From Rhynchobatus australiae (lineage: Eukaryota), in contig JAUZTB010000064.1 in the NCBI GenBank assembly GCA_034780895.1, forward strand, positions 64,740,665 through 64,804,664: a stretch of DNA of 64,000 nucleotides. Reading direction: 5' to 3'. The position numbers were made by a program, and so were the translations under genes. The notes below the pieces were generated by a model, which was not told where the DNA came from, ran no database searches, and was given only the letters and a program-made list of their open reading frames with translations. Shown here one piece after another: positions 1 through 11,412 of this stretch (its first letter is position 1; every line of letters starts with the position of its first letter).

Positions 1-739
1 CCGGACAAGCCCCCAAATATTGTGACTGTGACCAAGTCATTAGGGAATGAAGCTGATAGATGTGAAAGACCGTAGTTCAACACAAGCGGGTCATCTGGAG
101 GATGTTTCTACTCTCTTGACACTCAACTGTACAGCTTTTACCTTTTAAACACAAAGATAACAATAAACGATTAACTACAATTAATGGCTATAATTACCTA
201 CTTAACTCTAACATCTTGAGTGTAGTTGGGTAACTCTGCGGAATAATTTACAATGGGAGCACGTACCAACTGATAGAACCCCCTTGAACATTCAAATACA
301 AATTCCTGGTCCAAGGTGTTCTGAGCACAAAATACTAGATACCCAATGTGTACTACTTGTTAGAGTGCTTATAGATGGCTCCCAGAATATATCAATAGCT
401 AGAATATTAATTCACAAAACAGACATGTCCTGAACTGTGTATTAAGTGGCAGGGATAGGTTTTTAATGACGTGTTACTACAGGGAATGGCCACTTTCCTT
501 CCCTGATCTCATCATAGGGGTTTCAATGAGGGCTGATTAACTTGAACATTCATTTATTGTCATCTTCTGCGTAGCTATGATGGTACAGAATCAGAATGTT
601 CCGTACCCTATCGCCAGTTTTGATGACTTTAAAACATTAATGGATGTTACACTGTGAACAATTTTTTAAGACTAATTCTTATTTGAATAACTAACTGTTC
701 TCCTATTCAGTTGCTCCTTAAAGACGTCTAATAATCTCT

Positions 740-1250
740 AACACCGCCTTCACCAATTGTCTTAGTTACCTCCTTTAAAAAAAATCAAATTTGTGAAACA
801 TGATCTCCCCTCCACAAAACCATGCTGGTTCTGAGTCAATCCCTGTCATTCCAAGTGAATATAAATCCTGCCCCTCAGGATCTTCTCCAACAACTTCCCT
901 GCCACACTGATAAGTCTGTGGTTTCCATGCTTATCCCTACTACCCTTTTTGAATAATAAGACAATGTTGCTATTCTCCAATTTTCTGGCATCTTGCCTGT
1001 GGCTAATGGAAATGCAGAAATATCTGTCAAAGCTCCAGCAATCTCCTCCCTTGCTTCCTTTAGCATCCTGGGATAGATCCTGTCAGGGCCTAGGGATTTA
1101 TCCACCCTAATGTGCTTTAATATTTCTAACACTTCTTCCTGATACAAACATGCTCCGGAATATCAACGAACACCTCCCTCAACTCTTTGGCCTCCACATC
1201 CTTGTCCCTGGTGAATACTAATGAGAAGTATTCGCTTAAGACCTCATCAT
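740..1250 (-). mobile_element. CR1 LINE ORF2 fragment (start of reverse transcriptase)
   Basis: ORFs 875..1147 (KSLGPDRIYPRMLKEAREEIAGAL...PENWRIA) and 1126..1314 (LSEYFSLVFT) carry typical CR1 ORF2 motifs; frameshifted. Confidence 0.85.
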
Positions 1251-1264
1251 ATCCTATTGGGGGA

Positions 1265-1365
1265 AAAAAAGACAGAAAATACAGGAAAAACTCAGCAGAG
1301 AGACTAGGCAGCATTTGTGGAAAGAGAAACTGTTAACAGTTGGTTCCAAGACTTCATCAAAATAT
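1265..1365 (-). mobile_element. Penelope-type terminal repeat (pLTR) fragment
   Basis: acagaaaatacaggaaaaactcagcag...ggcagcatttgtggaaagagaaactgttaac is the reverse complement of the motif ending the Penelope copy at 6896-6995. Confidence 0.6.
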
Positions 1366-2119
1366 TCTCTGCTTTGTACTCATTTCTATAATTTTGCTAA
1401 GGATAATGAATGGAAAAAAAATGTAATCTAATTTTAGCGTGTTAAGTCCCATTTACTTTCTATTTGAAAATGGTACAATTGTACACTTTTAATGCGAACG
1501 TTTTAATGTGGCAACGTGATGTGATCTANNNNNNNNNNNNNNNNNNNNNNNNNNNNNNNNNNNNNNNNNNNNNNNNNNNNNNNNNNNNNNNNNNNNNNNN
1601 NNNNNNNNNNNNNNNNNNNNNNNNNNNNGATCTACTTTGCACTTTGTTGTGGTCTATTTGTCACAGAACAGTAGGCTGTTCACTGTATCTTGGCACATGC
1701 AACAGTAATAAACCAATTAGACTTGCACTCTATCTGGCAGTGTACCTGCTATCGATCTCCAACGTTGGTTGCAAGATTGTTCACAGTCATCGGAATTTTA
1801 CTTCTGCTGGATGTGCGAGAGAGCCAAAACTGTTATGTGATATCTCTCCAGATAATGCCATGTACTGGAACAAGGGATTTGTCTTGAAGTTTTTTTTGTG
1901 ACTGTTCTTTTGCCAAATATCATTTATTTCAATGCATGAGTGCAATGTGTCAGAAAGCCTGGATTACATTAGGAATGTTTGTATAGATGGCATCACACAT
2001 GTTAGTGCAGTTTTTCATCCAAACGTTGTTTTAGATAAGTTGTTTTAGTATGCAGTATGATCTTGAGATTTTGGCAATCATTATAAATTGCAATAATGGG
2101 AATTTTTATTTTTGATTGT

Positions 2120-2530
2120 AGATGCCCAGTACTTGTTAAGCATAACAGTTGCACCAAAGCTAGAATACTGGGTACGATTCTGTATGTCACATTATAGGAG
2201 ATAACAGATGGCATGAGAAAGTGTGCAGGTGAGTAGTACAAGACTATTGGCAGGATTAGAGGATTTAGTTTTGAGGAGAGATTGGTTAGGCTGGGGTGAT
2301 TTTCTTTGAAACAAAGGACATTGAGGAGAGAGTTAATTGAAGTGTATAAAATTACAAGTGATGGGTGAGCCATCTCTCAGTGGGGTAGTTAATAACTAAG
2401 CAAAGCCAATTTAAAGTAATTGATGAAATGACCGGAGGGATATCAAGGAGAAACATTTCCACCTAATGGTGATTGGAACTCCTTGAAAGAGTAGTGGGTG
2501 CAAAAAAGAACCCAAAAGAGTGGTGGAAAA
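2120..2530 (+). mobile_element. Decayed CR1 LINE 3' fragment
   Basis: cacattataggagata...tttgaggagagattggttaggctgggg...gagttaattgaagtgtataaaatt resembles the CR1 ORF2 C-terminus seen in other copies in the window. Confidence 0.7.
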
Positions 2531-5059
2531 CTGTGAAGTGATATTAGTCTGAGTAATTCTCTTTGGCTTGCAAAGATTCAGCAGGCCACTTGCTCACAAA
2601 ATCTGCTCTCTCCTCTCTTAGTGTGCGGTTTCACTTTCATTTACTTTCTTCCACTCCCCTTCAGGGTCATTTTAGTACCACCATCTGTTCCTTCATCACT
2701 AGTTTTCTGCTTGTTCCCACTGTGTCACACTCCTACTTGAATTCTTCTGCCTGTGGAGGTGATTGCATTCGTCACATAGTGCAAAGCTGAATGTTGTCGT
2801 CATCTAAATTCTCAGCTAGAGCTTGCTATAGCCAGAATTGCTTTTAATAGCACTGACACTCTAACAGGACCAATAGTGAGTAGTTGGACACAGTCCTTAC
2901 TAATATTTTACAGAAATTGTTAATGGAAAAAATGTTAATACTGGGCCTCAAGAATACTGCCTGTCAATGTGAACTGCTGACATTTGACACATGTTGGTCT
3001 TTCTTTTGTGATGGATTTTTGGCTTGGCAAATTCTAGGCATTTTGTGCTATGAACATGCCCTCATTTGTTTGTGATTGCTGAAGAAGTTTAATTTGGCAC
3101 TTGTACAGCAGGCATACAAAATGGAATGTTATCTGGTGCCTCAATAAGGGGTAGAGTTTGGGCCCAGTTGCAGGAGGTGGATGGATATTGGCTGTGCTTA
3201 TTTGTAGCATTGGCTTCTCTCTCCTAAATGTGGTTTTATAATAAATTATCTCTGGCTTGGAGTTGCAAAATAATTCCTCCTTGTATCCCCCGAGACTCGT
3301 GATTGTACACTGCAATAGCTGCAGACTCCTAATTAGGTCAAAACTGTGTCTTGAGTGTTCTGCAGCACTAAGACGTGCTTCCTGCACTGCTCTACAATGC
3401 TATCACATTATTTATTATTTTTGTGACTTGCTTAGCAGGTTATAACTTGGCCTTAAGGTGATTAATATATCCATAAAATCTCAAGCTTTACTGGTGACTT
3501 CCATTCATTTTACAAGTTTAAGATTGTGAGGTTTCGAAAATGAATTGGACTCTTGCTACGTGCAGCCATGTATAATTTTGTTTGAAATATACTGGGATTG
3601 TTGTTCTAATGTGTTTTGCTTGCCTGTCAATTCTTTTGTTATTCTTGCATCATGTGATGAGTGTGGAGGGTCTGATAGAATTGTACCATTGCTGGCAGGT
3701 TCCCACTTAGTTAACAGCGTAAGCTTCTGCATGTGTTTGCAATCAGTGTAGTATGGTTGTGGGTGGTGAGTGTCTTTTCATTAAACTAAAACTGCTTCAA
3801 TTTCAGATTCTTATTTTAACATATTAGAATATGTTGATAGGACAACTTCATATAGTACTCTTCCATCCCTTTTTCTGTGGGGGCAATCTGTGTCAGCACT
3901 TAAAATCCAATTGTTGGAGCCATTTTTTTGCCCCTGAAAGGACTTGATCCTTCCAATATCTCACTCTAGCTTTTTGGACCTCTGTTCAACATGTCTGGAA
4001 ATCATGGTCATATTTCATTGTGTATCCACGTACAACATCTGTTCTCGTCCTCAAAGCTGCAAGATTTAGTGTGGTGGTTGGACAATGCCTTTTGTTTCTA
4101 GACAAATGTTAAAGACAGGTCTTGTCATCTGGACCCCTTCTCATTGCAGCTACAATCACTCTTTATCGTCAGCCTAATTTACTTGATGTTCTAACAAAAA
4201 ATAGCTTCTGAGTACTGATGATGGCAGGATCACTGGCATGGAGATACCAAGCAGATTGTTAGGGAGCTGAAATAATATTGATTAATGGGATGGGGATGAT
4301 TCAGCACTTTGATAAAGAGAAAAATAAAACTTGTATATTAAAATTGTTCCAATCAATTTTATTCCTTACCTGAAACACTATCTCATGCTGAAAAGACAAT
4401 ACAATAGTATCTTGGGGTTCTTGGACAAGTGGTTATTTTTGCTTATTTTCCTCCTAATTGTCCCATCCTCTTCTGAAGGGTTTAACTTCCCAGCATTAAT
4501 AAGCATCTTTCCTCATGAATCAAGAAAGCCACTAAGACGGCATGTGCAGTGGAGACTGGGCTTGCCTTTATGCACAGTGTGCTAGAGTCTGATTTAGTTT
4601 AGCGGCAGTAATGTTGTCTCATCAAGAAGATACGAATTTAAATCCTCCATGAAATGGGCAGATAATGCAGAGTGATGCTTCAGTATATTCCTGGGGGAAT
4701 GCTGTGTTTTAGATAAGGCATGAATTCAGGGCCTCCCTTGCAAGTCCCTCCTTTTCTAACAGCCAATGGTTAAACATAGCCATAGGTACAGCCAAGATTG
4801 TCTAACATTACAGTCTTGAGATTAAGCCTATTATTTCCTAGTCTATGTGACCCAGTACCACAACAGGCAGCACCTGCACTTGAGTCAGTGATATCTTTTC
4901 ATTCAATTGGAAAATTTTCAAAAGTTGCTGGGAATGTATTTTAAAAAGTAAAGTGTGCTTTCATAGAAACTCTAGTAAACTGATCAAAAATGAGCTCTTA
5001 AAAACAAAATGCAATAGTTCTGCCTCTATTGTTGATTAATGCCATATACAGAAATTTGC

Positions 5060-5640
5060 AGAAATATGAAATGCTGGATCCTTCAGCCTTTCATGCCAGC
5101 TTCTTTTAGTAGAACTATCCAGCCATTTGCTTACCCATAGCTCTTTATTTTCTTTCAACACGCTATCCAATTCTTTTGAATCCACCAGCCATCCAGGCAC
5201 TATGCTTCAGATTAGAGCAACTTGCTTTGCAAAAGAGTCATTTCTGTGATAACATTGAATCTTTTACTACTTGCCATTGTTCTATATCCTCTGGTTACCA
5301 GCTTTTATGCAACCAGAACTGATTTGTCCTAATTCAACCTAACAAAAGCATTCATAACTTTTGGAAGCTTCTGTCAAATCTTCTGCAACCTTCTCTGTTC
5401 TTAGGAGAAAATCGCCAGCTCTCTGAGCAAGTTTGTCAATCCTTTCTCGTAAAAGCACACCATCTCTAAGGCCTTTTGCCTCTTCAAAGTGTATTGACTA
5501 GAATTAAACAGAATTTTCCAGCTGGTGCCTGGCCATTGTTTTCTAAAGGACAAATATAACCTTCAAGGACCTTTTGTATAATTTTAAAAGTCTTCTCAAC
5601 TTGTCCCTCTACTTTCAGAATATCTAATGTACATTTAATC
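5060..5640 (-). mobile_element. Highly decayed CR1 LINE 3' fragment
   Basis: Reverse-orientation similarity to CR1 3' copies (aaccttctctgttcttaggagaaaatcgccagc...gactagaattaaacaga). Confidence 0.55.
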
Positions 5641-5779
5641 TCGGGTATATGTATCAGTGATTATTTTGATGCTGCTTCTTGCTCTTGCACTGTACAAGAA
5701 AGTTTCATTTAAGTTTGCTGCCAGCTTTCACTGTACTGTTGCCATCTCAGACTCCTTTTTGATTATCACTACTTCAAAG

Positions 5780-6995
5780 GATAGTTAGTGAGGCCAGTAT
5801 CAGCCAAAAACCTGTAGACTTAGATGGCTATCTTATCTAAACTTCCTCCCACACTGCTTCCAGTAAGGATACTATTCTGTTCTCCTGGTTTCTGGCTTGG
5901 ATACATTTGTTCTGACTTATGGCATCTCCCATACAGATTAGTCTTTTCTCCCTGGACCCTGTTTATACCCCGTTCCTACCCCGTTCCTTCCTCCCTCCAC
6001 TCCATTCATCTTTCCCACCACTGTAGTTGACAAGGCCCTCAGCCATTTCTAACATTTTTGTTCTTGCCCCTTTCCTCCACACACGTTTCCCCCTCCCATC
6101 CCCTCCCGTTAGAACAGCAAAAGGGTTCCCTTTGTCCTTCATTTCACTGTGGCAACATCCACATTTCCTTTCAGTGCTCCAAAGGGACCATTCCCTCTGA
6201 GAAATTTTGGTTCACTCTTCCATCTCCATCAATACTCACTCCTCTTCCCATATTACCATCTTGTGTAACCATAGGAAGTGCCACATCTACCATCTTACTT
6301 CCACCCTTCACAGTATCCAGCCTCTCAAACGTGTTCTCCAAGTGAAGCATTGATTTTATGGGTATTTGTTACACTTTGTCAGCACCAAATGTGGGATAAT
6401 AAAGTGGTCTCCTCTACATTGGGGAAAATCAAATTCAGATTGGGAGACAACTTTTCACCACTACTCAGTCTTATATACGTGACCCTTAGCTTCCAGTCAC
6501 AGGTCACTTGAATTCTTCCTTCATCTCCCACGTTGAATTCTGGTCTCGCCCTCCATTCAACAAAGCCCACATGCAAGCTTGAGGAAGAGCACCACATTTT
6601 CCCACTAGGCATATGACGGCTTTCCAGACTTGTCACTGAATTCAGATGCATGAATCATCATTTCCAGTATTTGCATTTGCTATTTCCAGGTTTGATTTTG
6701 CTTCTTCTTTCTAGTAACTTAAGATAATTATTCTGCTTCTATTTACACCTCTAGGCTGACACTATTCCATTTTACGACAGCATTTTGGGCATTTACTCTT
6801 CCCTGCCTTTCTTCATCATATCATAGATCTGTTTGGTTTTATCCTCCCTCCCACTTCTCCACAAGTTTAAACATGTCTGGTTTCTAAACCTTCTCAGTTC
6901 TGAAGAAAGATCATTGACCTGAAATATTTAACTCTTTCTCATTCTACAAGTGCTACCAGAGCTGCTGAGTATTTCCAGTATTTTCTGTGTTTTAT
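5780..6995 (+). mobile_element. Decayed Penelope-like element 3' part (RT C-terminus, GIY-YIG endonuclease, pLTR)
   Basis: ggtctcctctacattggggaa (6406-6426) reads GLLYIGE, the YIG motif of GIY-YIG, followed by ttgggagacaacttt (LGDxF). The element ends in the CTGAAGA..GAAA hammerhead-like terminal repeat. Confidence 0.75.
6896..6933 (+). ncRNA. Degenerate minimal type I hammerhead ribozyme in Penelope pLTR
   Basis: AGTT-CTGAAGA-a-AGATC-att-GACCT-GAAA-tattt-AACT: stem I AGTT/AACT, CUGANGA box, stem II with one mismatch and GAAA box. The stem III/cleavage region is mutated. Confidence 0.55.
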
Positions 6996-8558
6996 TTTTT
7001 TAAAAAGTAGAAATTTGTCATCCCAATTAGATCACAGCTGTTGTTTCACCTCAGCGTAACTTTCTTGCACAAACCCTGTATTTCTTGATTCCACTGATAA
7101 ATAAAAAATTATTGATTGCTATCTTGAACAGATTCAGTGACCTGGGCCTTCACAGGCCAAAGATTTATAACCTGGGTAAGAAAACTTCCTCTCACGAATG
7201 GCAGAACCCTTATTTTGAATTTCTGATCCCTTGTTCTGGTCCCCTATCCAGGTAAAACATTAATTTTGTACATACTTTGTCAAGTCCTGGATGTACTTTG
7301 AATGGATTAACAGGATGTAGTATGGTGCAAAAGGAGATTGGGTATTTCTGAAATATAACTTATTATTGAAGATGCAGGAAAGGTGATGTAAAAGAGGTGA
7401 TGTATTAATCTGTATGTAGTGATCTATAGTTATTTATATACATTTTTTTTTGAAAGGCTGCTTTAATCCAGCATTTGTTTTCTTACTGATGGAGTACAGT
7501 TTACAACGGGGTCCATTCCTGAGAACTGTTTGTAACCTGATCAGTTCACAAGTCAGAAATGTATCCACCTATTTAAATAGAAGCATAGGCTAACCAAGGT
7601 ATTTAATGTAGTTAAATAATATATTATTATAAATAATAAATAAATAGCTTTCAGTGTAGTTAAACCAAGGTATTTAACTCGCCCATTCAGATTTCTCTGC
7701 AGGATGTAATGATATTGCCATAAGCAGAGTTCCCACGTAACAGAAGATGCCTGCAGCTCCAGATTCAACTGGGATCCTTACTGCAATATAAATGAGATGG
7801 CCTCCTGTCATGATCATGCCATAGACCCAGTGTGCAGAAATATAAATTCCTAAGTCAATTCAATTGGTGTTAAAATGGTGACCTTAAAGGCTCACCAGCA
7901 AAGTGGTCCATCTAATTCTGATCTATTCGTGTTGAGAATCTGCACTTGGGATAGTCATGTGTTTCTTAAACAGCTGTATGCAGATTTGTACAATTAAGTT
8001 TATCCATTATTGATGCTGGCTCTGTGAAATCTGCCACTTGACATATCCAGGCCATTGAGTGTTGTTTTTCCTATCCACTCATAACATATTTAAACATAAA
8101 TGACCTGTCTCAACTTGACCTCCATTTGCTGTGGCATTTCTTAGATGCTCATTTCTTCAACTGCATCATCTCTTCAACTTTGGCTACAATTCTTCTCTTC
8201 CCCCTGGCCTCTACCACAGTCCAATCCTCATACCTGTTCCCTTTTCAAGTGATGCAAACTTGTGTGGATTAGGTGGTCAACAGGTTTATTCCTGCACTTT
8301 GTGTGGTGTACACAAATACGATCAGTCTACTAAGACTGTTGCTGGAATGCAAGATGATTCTTGCTGTCTTCGATCCACTGCAAATTGTGAACTTAAACTC
8401 TTCTCTCTTGTCTCCTCCACTCTCATCTCTGACATCAAGTGAATGGAGCCTTGAATTTCTTTGCCAGTGCACTGTTCACCATTCTGCTATTTCTGCTCTT
8501 TTCCCACTTGGCCATTGGCATCTGGTTTCACCCCTCCTGCCTTTCTCTGAACTCATCT

Positions 8559-9676
8559 CTCCACTTGGCTTTGGAGCACCTAGACAACAGCAAAATATAC
8601 TGTATGTCAAACTGCTGTTTATTGATTACAGCTCAGCGTTCAACACCTCAAGCCTCAAAACCTGGGCCTCTGTACTTCCTTTCTGCAGCTGGATCCTCAA
8701 CTACCTCTGGAGACCACAATATGGATCGATAGTAGCATCTCACTAACAATCAGCATGGGTGCACCTTAAGGATGCATGCTTAGCCCACTGCTCTGCTATC
8801 TCTACTCTCATGAATGTGTGGCTAGGCACAGCTCAAATGCCATCTATAAATTCACCGATGACACCACTGTTGTTGATGGAATCTCAGATGGTGATGAGGA
8901 GGCCTATAGGAGTGAGGTAGATTGGCTAGTTAAGTGGTGTCGCAACAACAACCTCACACTCAACGTCAGCAAGGCCAAGGAATTGATTGTGGACTTCAGG
9001 AAGGGGAAGTCAGGAGAACACACACCAGTCCTCTTTGAGGGGTCAGCGGTGGAAAGGGTGAGCAGCTTCTAGTTCCTGGGTGTCAACATATCGGAGGATT
9101 TATCTTGGGCCCGACACATTGATGCAGTCATGAAGAAGGCACGGCAGCAGCTCTACTTCATTAGGACTTTGAGGTGATTTGGTATGTCACCAAAAACTCT
9201 TGCAAATTTCTACAGATGTACAGTGGAGAGCATTCTGACAGGTTGCATCACTGCGTGGTATGGAGGCTCCAATGTGCAGGATCGAAAGAGGCTGCATAGG
9301 GTTGTAGACTCAGCTGGCTCCATTACGGGCACAACCCTCCCTGCCATTGAGGACATCTTTAAGAGCTGGTGCCTTGAGAAGGCGGTATCCATCATTAAGG
9401 ACCCTCACCAGCAGGGACATGCCCTCTTCATGTTACTACCATCGGGGAGGAGGTACAGGAGTCTGAAGACCCACACTCAATGTTTCAGGAACAGCTTCTT
9501 CACCATCAGATTTCGGAATGGTCCATAAACACTACTTTGTTATTCCTCTTTTGCATTATTTACTTATTTTTGTAACTTATAGTAAATTTTATGTCTTTTT
9601 GTCTTGCACTGTACTGCTGCTGCAAAACAACAAATTTCACAATGTATGTCACTGATAATAAACCTGATTCTGATTC
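8559..9676 (+). mobile_element. 5'-truncated Rex1/Babar-clade LINE (RT to 3' tail)
   Basis: ORFs give YVKLLFIDYSSAFNT, LSPLLCYLYSHECVARHSSNAIYKFTDDTTVV, LTLNVSKAKELIVDFRK and FYRCTVESILTGCITAWYG. The 3' tail is aataaacctgattctgattc. Possible TSD TCATCT at 8553-8558 and 9675-9680. Confidence 0.9.
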
Positions 9677-10278
9677 ATCTTGACTACACAGCTCACCTGC
9701 TGCCCCTTTGACCTGATTCCTAGGAAATTGTGGACCCTACTTCCTGTCTACCATGTTTACCAATAAGGCCAATTCTCTCATCTTGGGTACTGCTCCCCCT
9801 CCAAATTTGCATTATTTCTTGCCTCAAAAAAAAACCATGGTTCCCCCACCCATCCAGGTACCATCCAATCTGTGACTGCTTTTCCCCTCTAATATTGGGT
9901 TGCAGCATCCCATGCTGAAGTCAGTCTTTCCTTGAGCTCCTTATTTGAATTAATTTTGCAAGTTTCGTAATTGCTATGAAGGTCACTGATGACTTGCAGT
10001 ATGACTCATTCCAAGAGTAATCTGTCCCTTCCTTATCCTCTTAGTTCTTCTCAACCAGTCTGCAGCCTTTTACTGTGGTTGACTACACTATTCTCCTCCA
10101 ATACCTTTCCTCCATTATCCAGCTGGTTGTGCCTTTGCTACTTCTATCTATCTGGTCATTTCTGGAAAATTGACAGTGGTGGCATTTTCCTGTTCTTGCA
10201 TCATTCCATTGGTGTCCTGAAAATATTATTCTGTGACTTTGTGTGTTTCTCATCTCTTCACTGCCCCTCAAACATTAA

Positions 10279-10617
10279 GGTCCTCTTAATGATCTTTTGA
10301 AGGAAATCTTTGGTCATCCATAACTGATGTCGGGCAATTCTGAGGTAGCAGATGAATCACAAGAGGTAGAGCTGAATATCACCAGCACACATCTGAATTT
10401 CAGCTCTACCTCTTGTGATTCNNNNNNNNNNNNNNNNNNNNNNNNNNNNNNNNNNNNNNNNNNNNNNNNNNNNNNNNNNNNNNNNNNNNNNNNNNNNNNN
10501 NNNNNNNNNNNNNNNNNNNNNCAGCTCTACCTCTTGTGATTCATCTGCTACCTCAGAATTGCCCGACATCAGTTATGGATGACCAAAGATTTCCTTCATA
10601 AGATCATTAAGAGGACC
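10279..10617. repeat. 98-bp near-perfect inverted repeat (22-nt spacer) spanning an N gap
   Basis: Arm 10279-10376 is the reverse complement of 10399-10421 continued at 10522-10617, with one mismatch. The gap flanks overlap by 21 nt. Confidence 0.9.
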
Positions 10618-11121
10618 AGAGCCAACATTTTTGGTCCCTAATTCAAACATTGTAACCTTGCCACTCAATCTAGCTCCTCCTCTCATTTATCTGAAACTAA
10701 ACCAGGCTGCTTCTAACTTTTGCTGCCTGAAACATTTCTGACTGCACAATTGAACTATCACTGAGATTACTTTATTTCTATTTGCATATCACCTGACTCT
10801 CCTGCATTAGTTATCTGTTGCTGGAACCTTCAGTCATGTCTTTGTTATCGATTGACTTGAATATGCATTCTGGGCTGGCCTCTTTTGCCTACCCCCTGGA
10901 AACATCAGGTCATTCAAAATTCTGCTACCCCTATCCTAGCTTCCACCAAGTCAAATGCATCCATTAACCAGTTAAGCAGCGAGTCTATTTTAAAATACTC
11001 ATTGTTGTTTGAAAATCCATCCATGATGTCAGTGTACCAAATCCCTGTAATCTTCTTCCTATAATCTTCCAAGATATGTAGGTCTTTGAGTTTTGGTTTT
11101 ATGATCACAAATACATATAGA

Positions 11122-11412
11122 GGGGCAGGTATGGTAGTGTAGCAGTTAGCATAACACTATTACAGTGCCAGCAACCTGGGTTGAATTCCAGCTGCTGTCT
11201 ATAAGGAGTTTGTATGTTCTCCCTGTGACTGCCTGGGTTTCCTCCAGGTGCTCTGGTTTCCTCTCACATTCAAAAGACATGCGGGTTAGGAAGTTGTGGG
11301 CATGTTTTGTTGGCACCGGAAGTGTGGTGACACTTGCGGGTGGCCCCAGAACATTTTACACAAAGATACATTTCACCGTGTTTCGATGTACATGTAACTA
11401 ATAAAGAAATCT
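11122..11412 (+). mobile_element. tRNA-derived V-type SINE (HE1-like), full length
   Basis: A-box-like tggtagtgtagcagtta, B-box gggttgaattcc, V-domain ggagtttgtatgttctccctgtgactgcctgggtttcctccaggtgctctggtttcctc, and tail ctaataaagaaatctt. Confidence 0.85.

Noticed and set aside
1-660. Possible LTR (TGT...ACA ends, AATAAA)
   Set aside because: No matching TSD for any pair of candidate ends, and the window edge prevents delimitation.
4590-4750. Possible DeuSINE-like remnant
   Set aside because: Similarity to the recalled core is too degraded to support.
7493-7560. Tc1/mariner MITE-like terminus
   Set aside because: No matching second TIR found.
11122-11200. tRNA gene
   Set aside because: The A/B boxes belong to a SINE head; there is no cloverleaf and it is followed by the V-domain.
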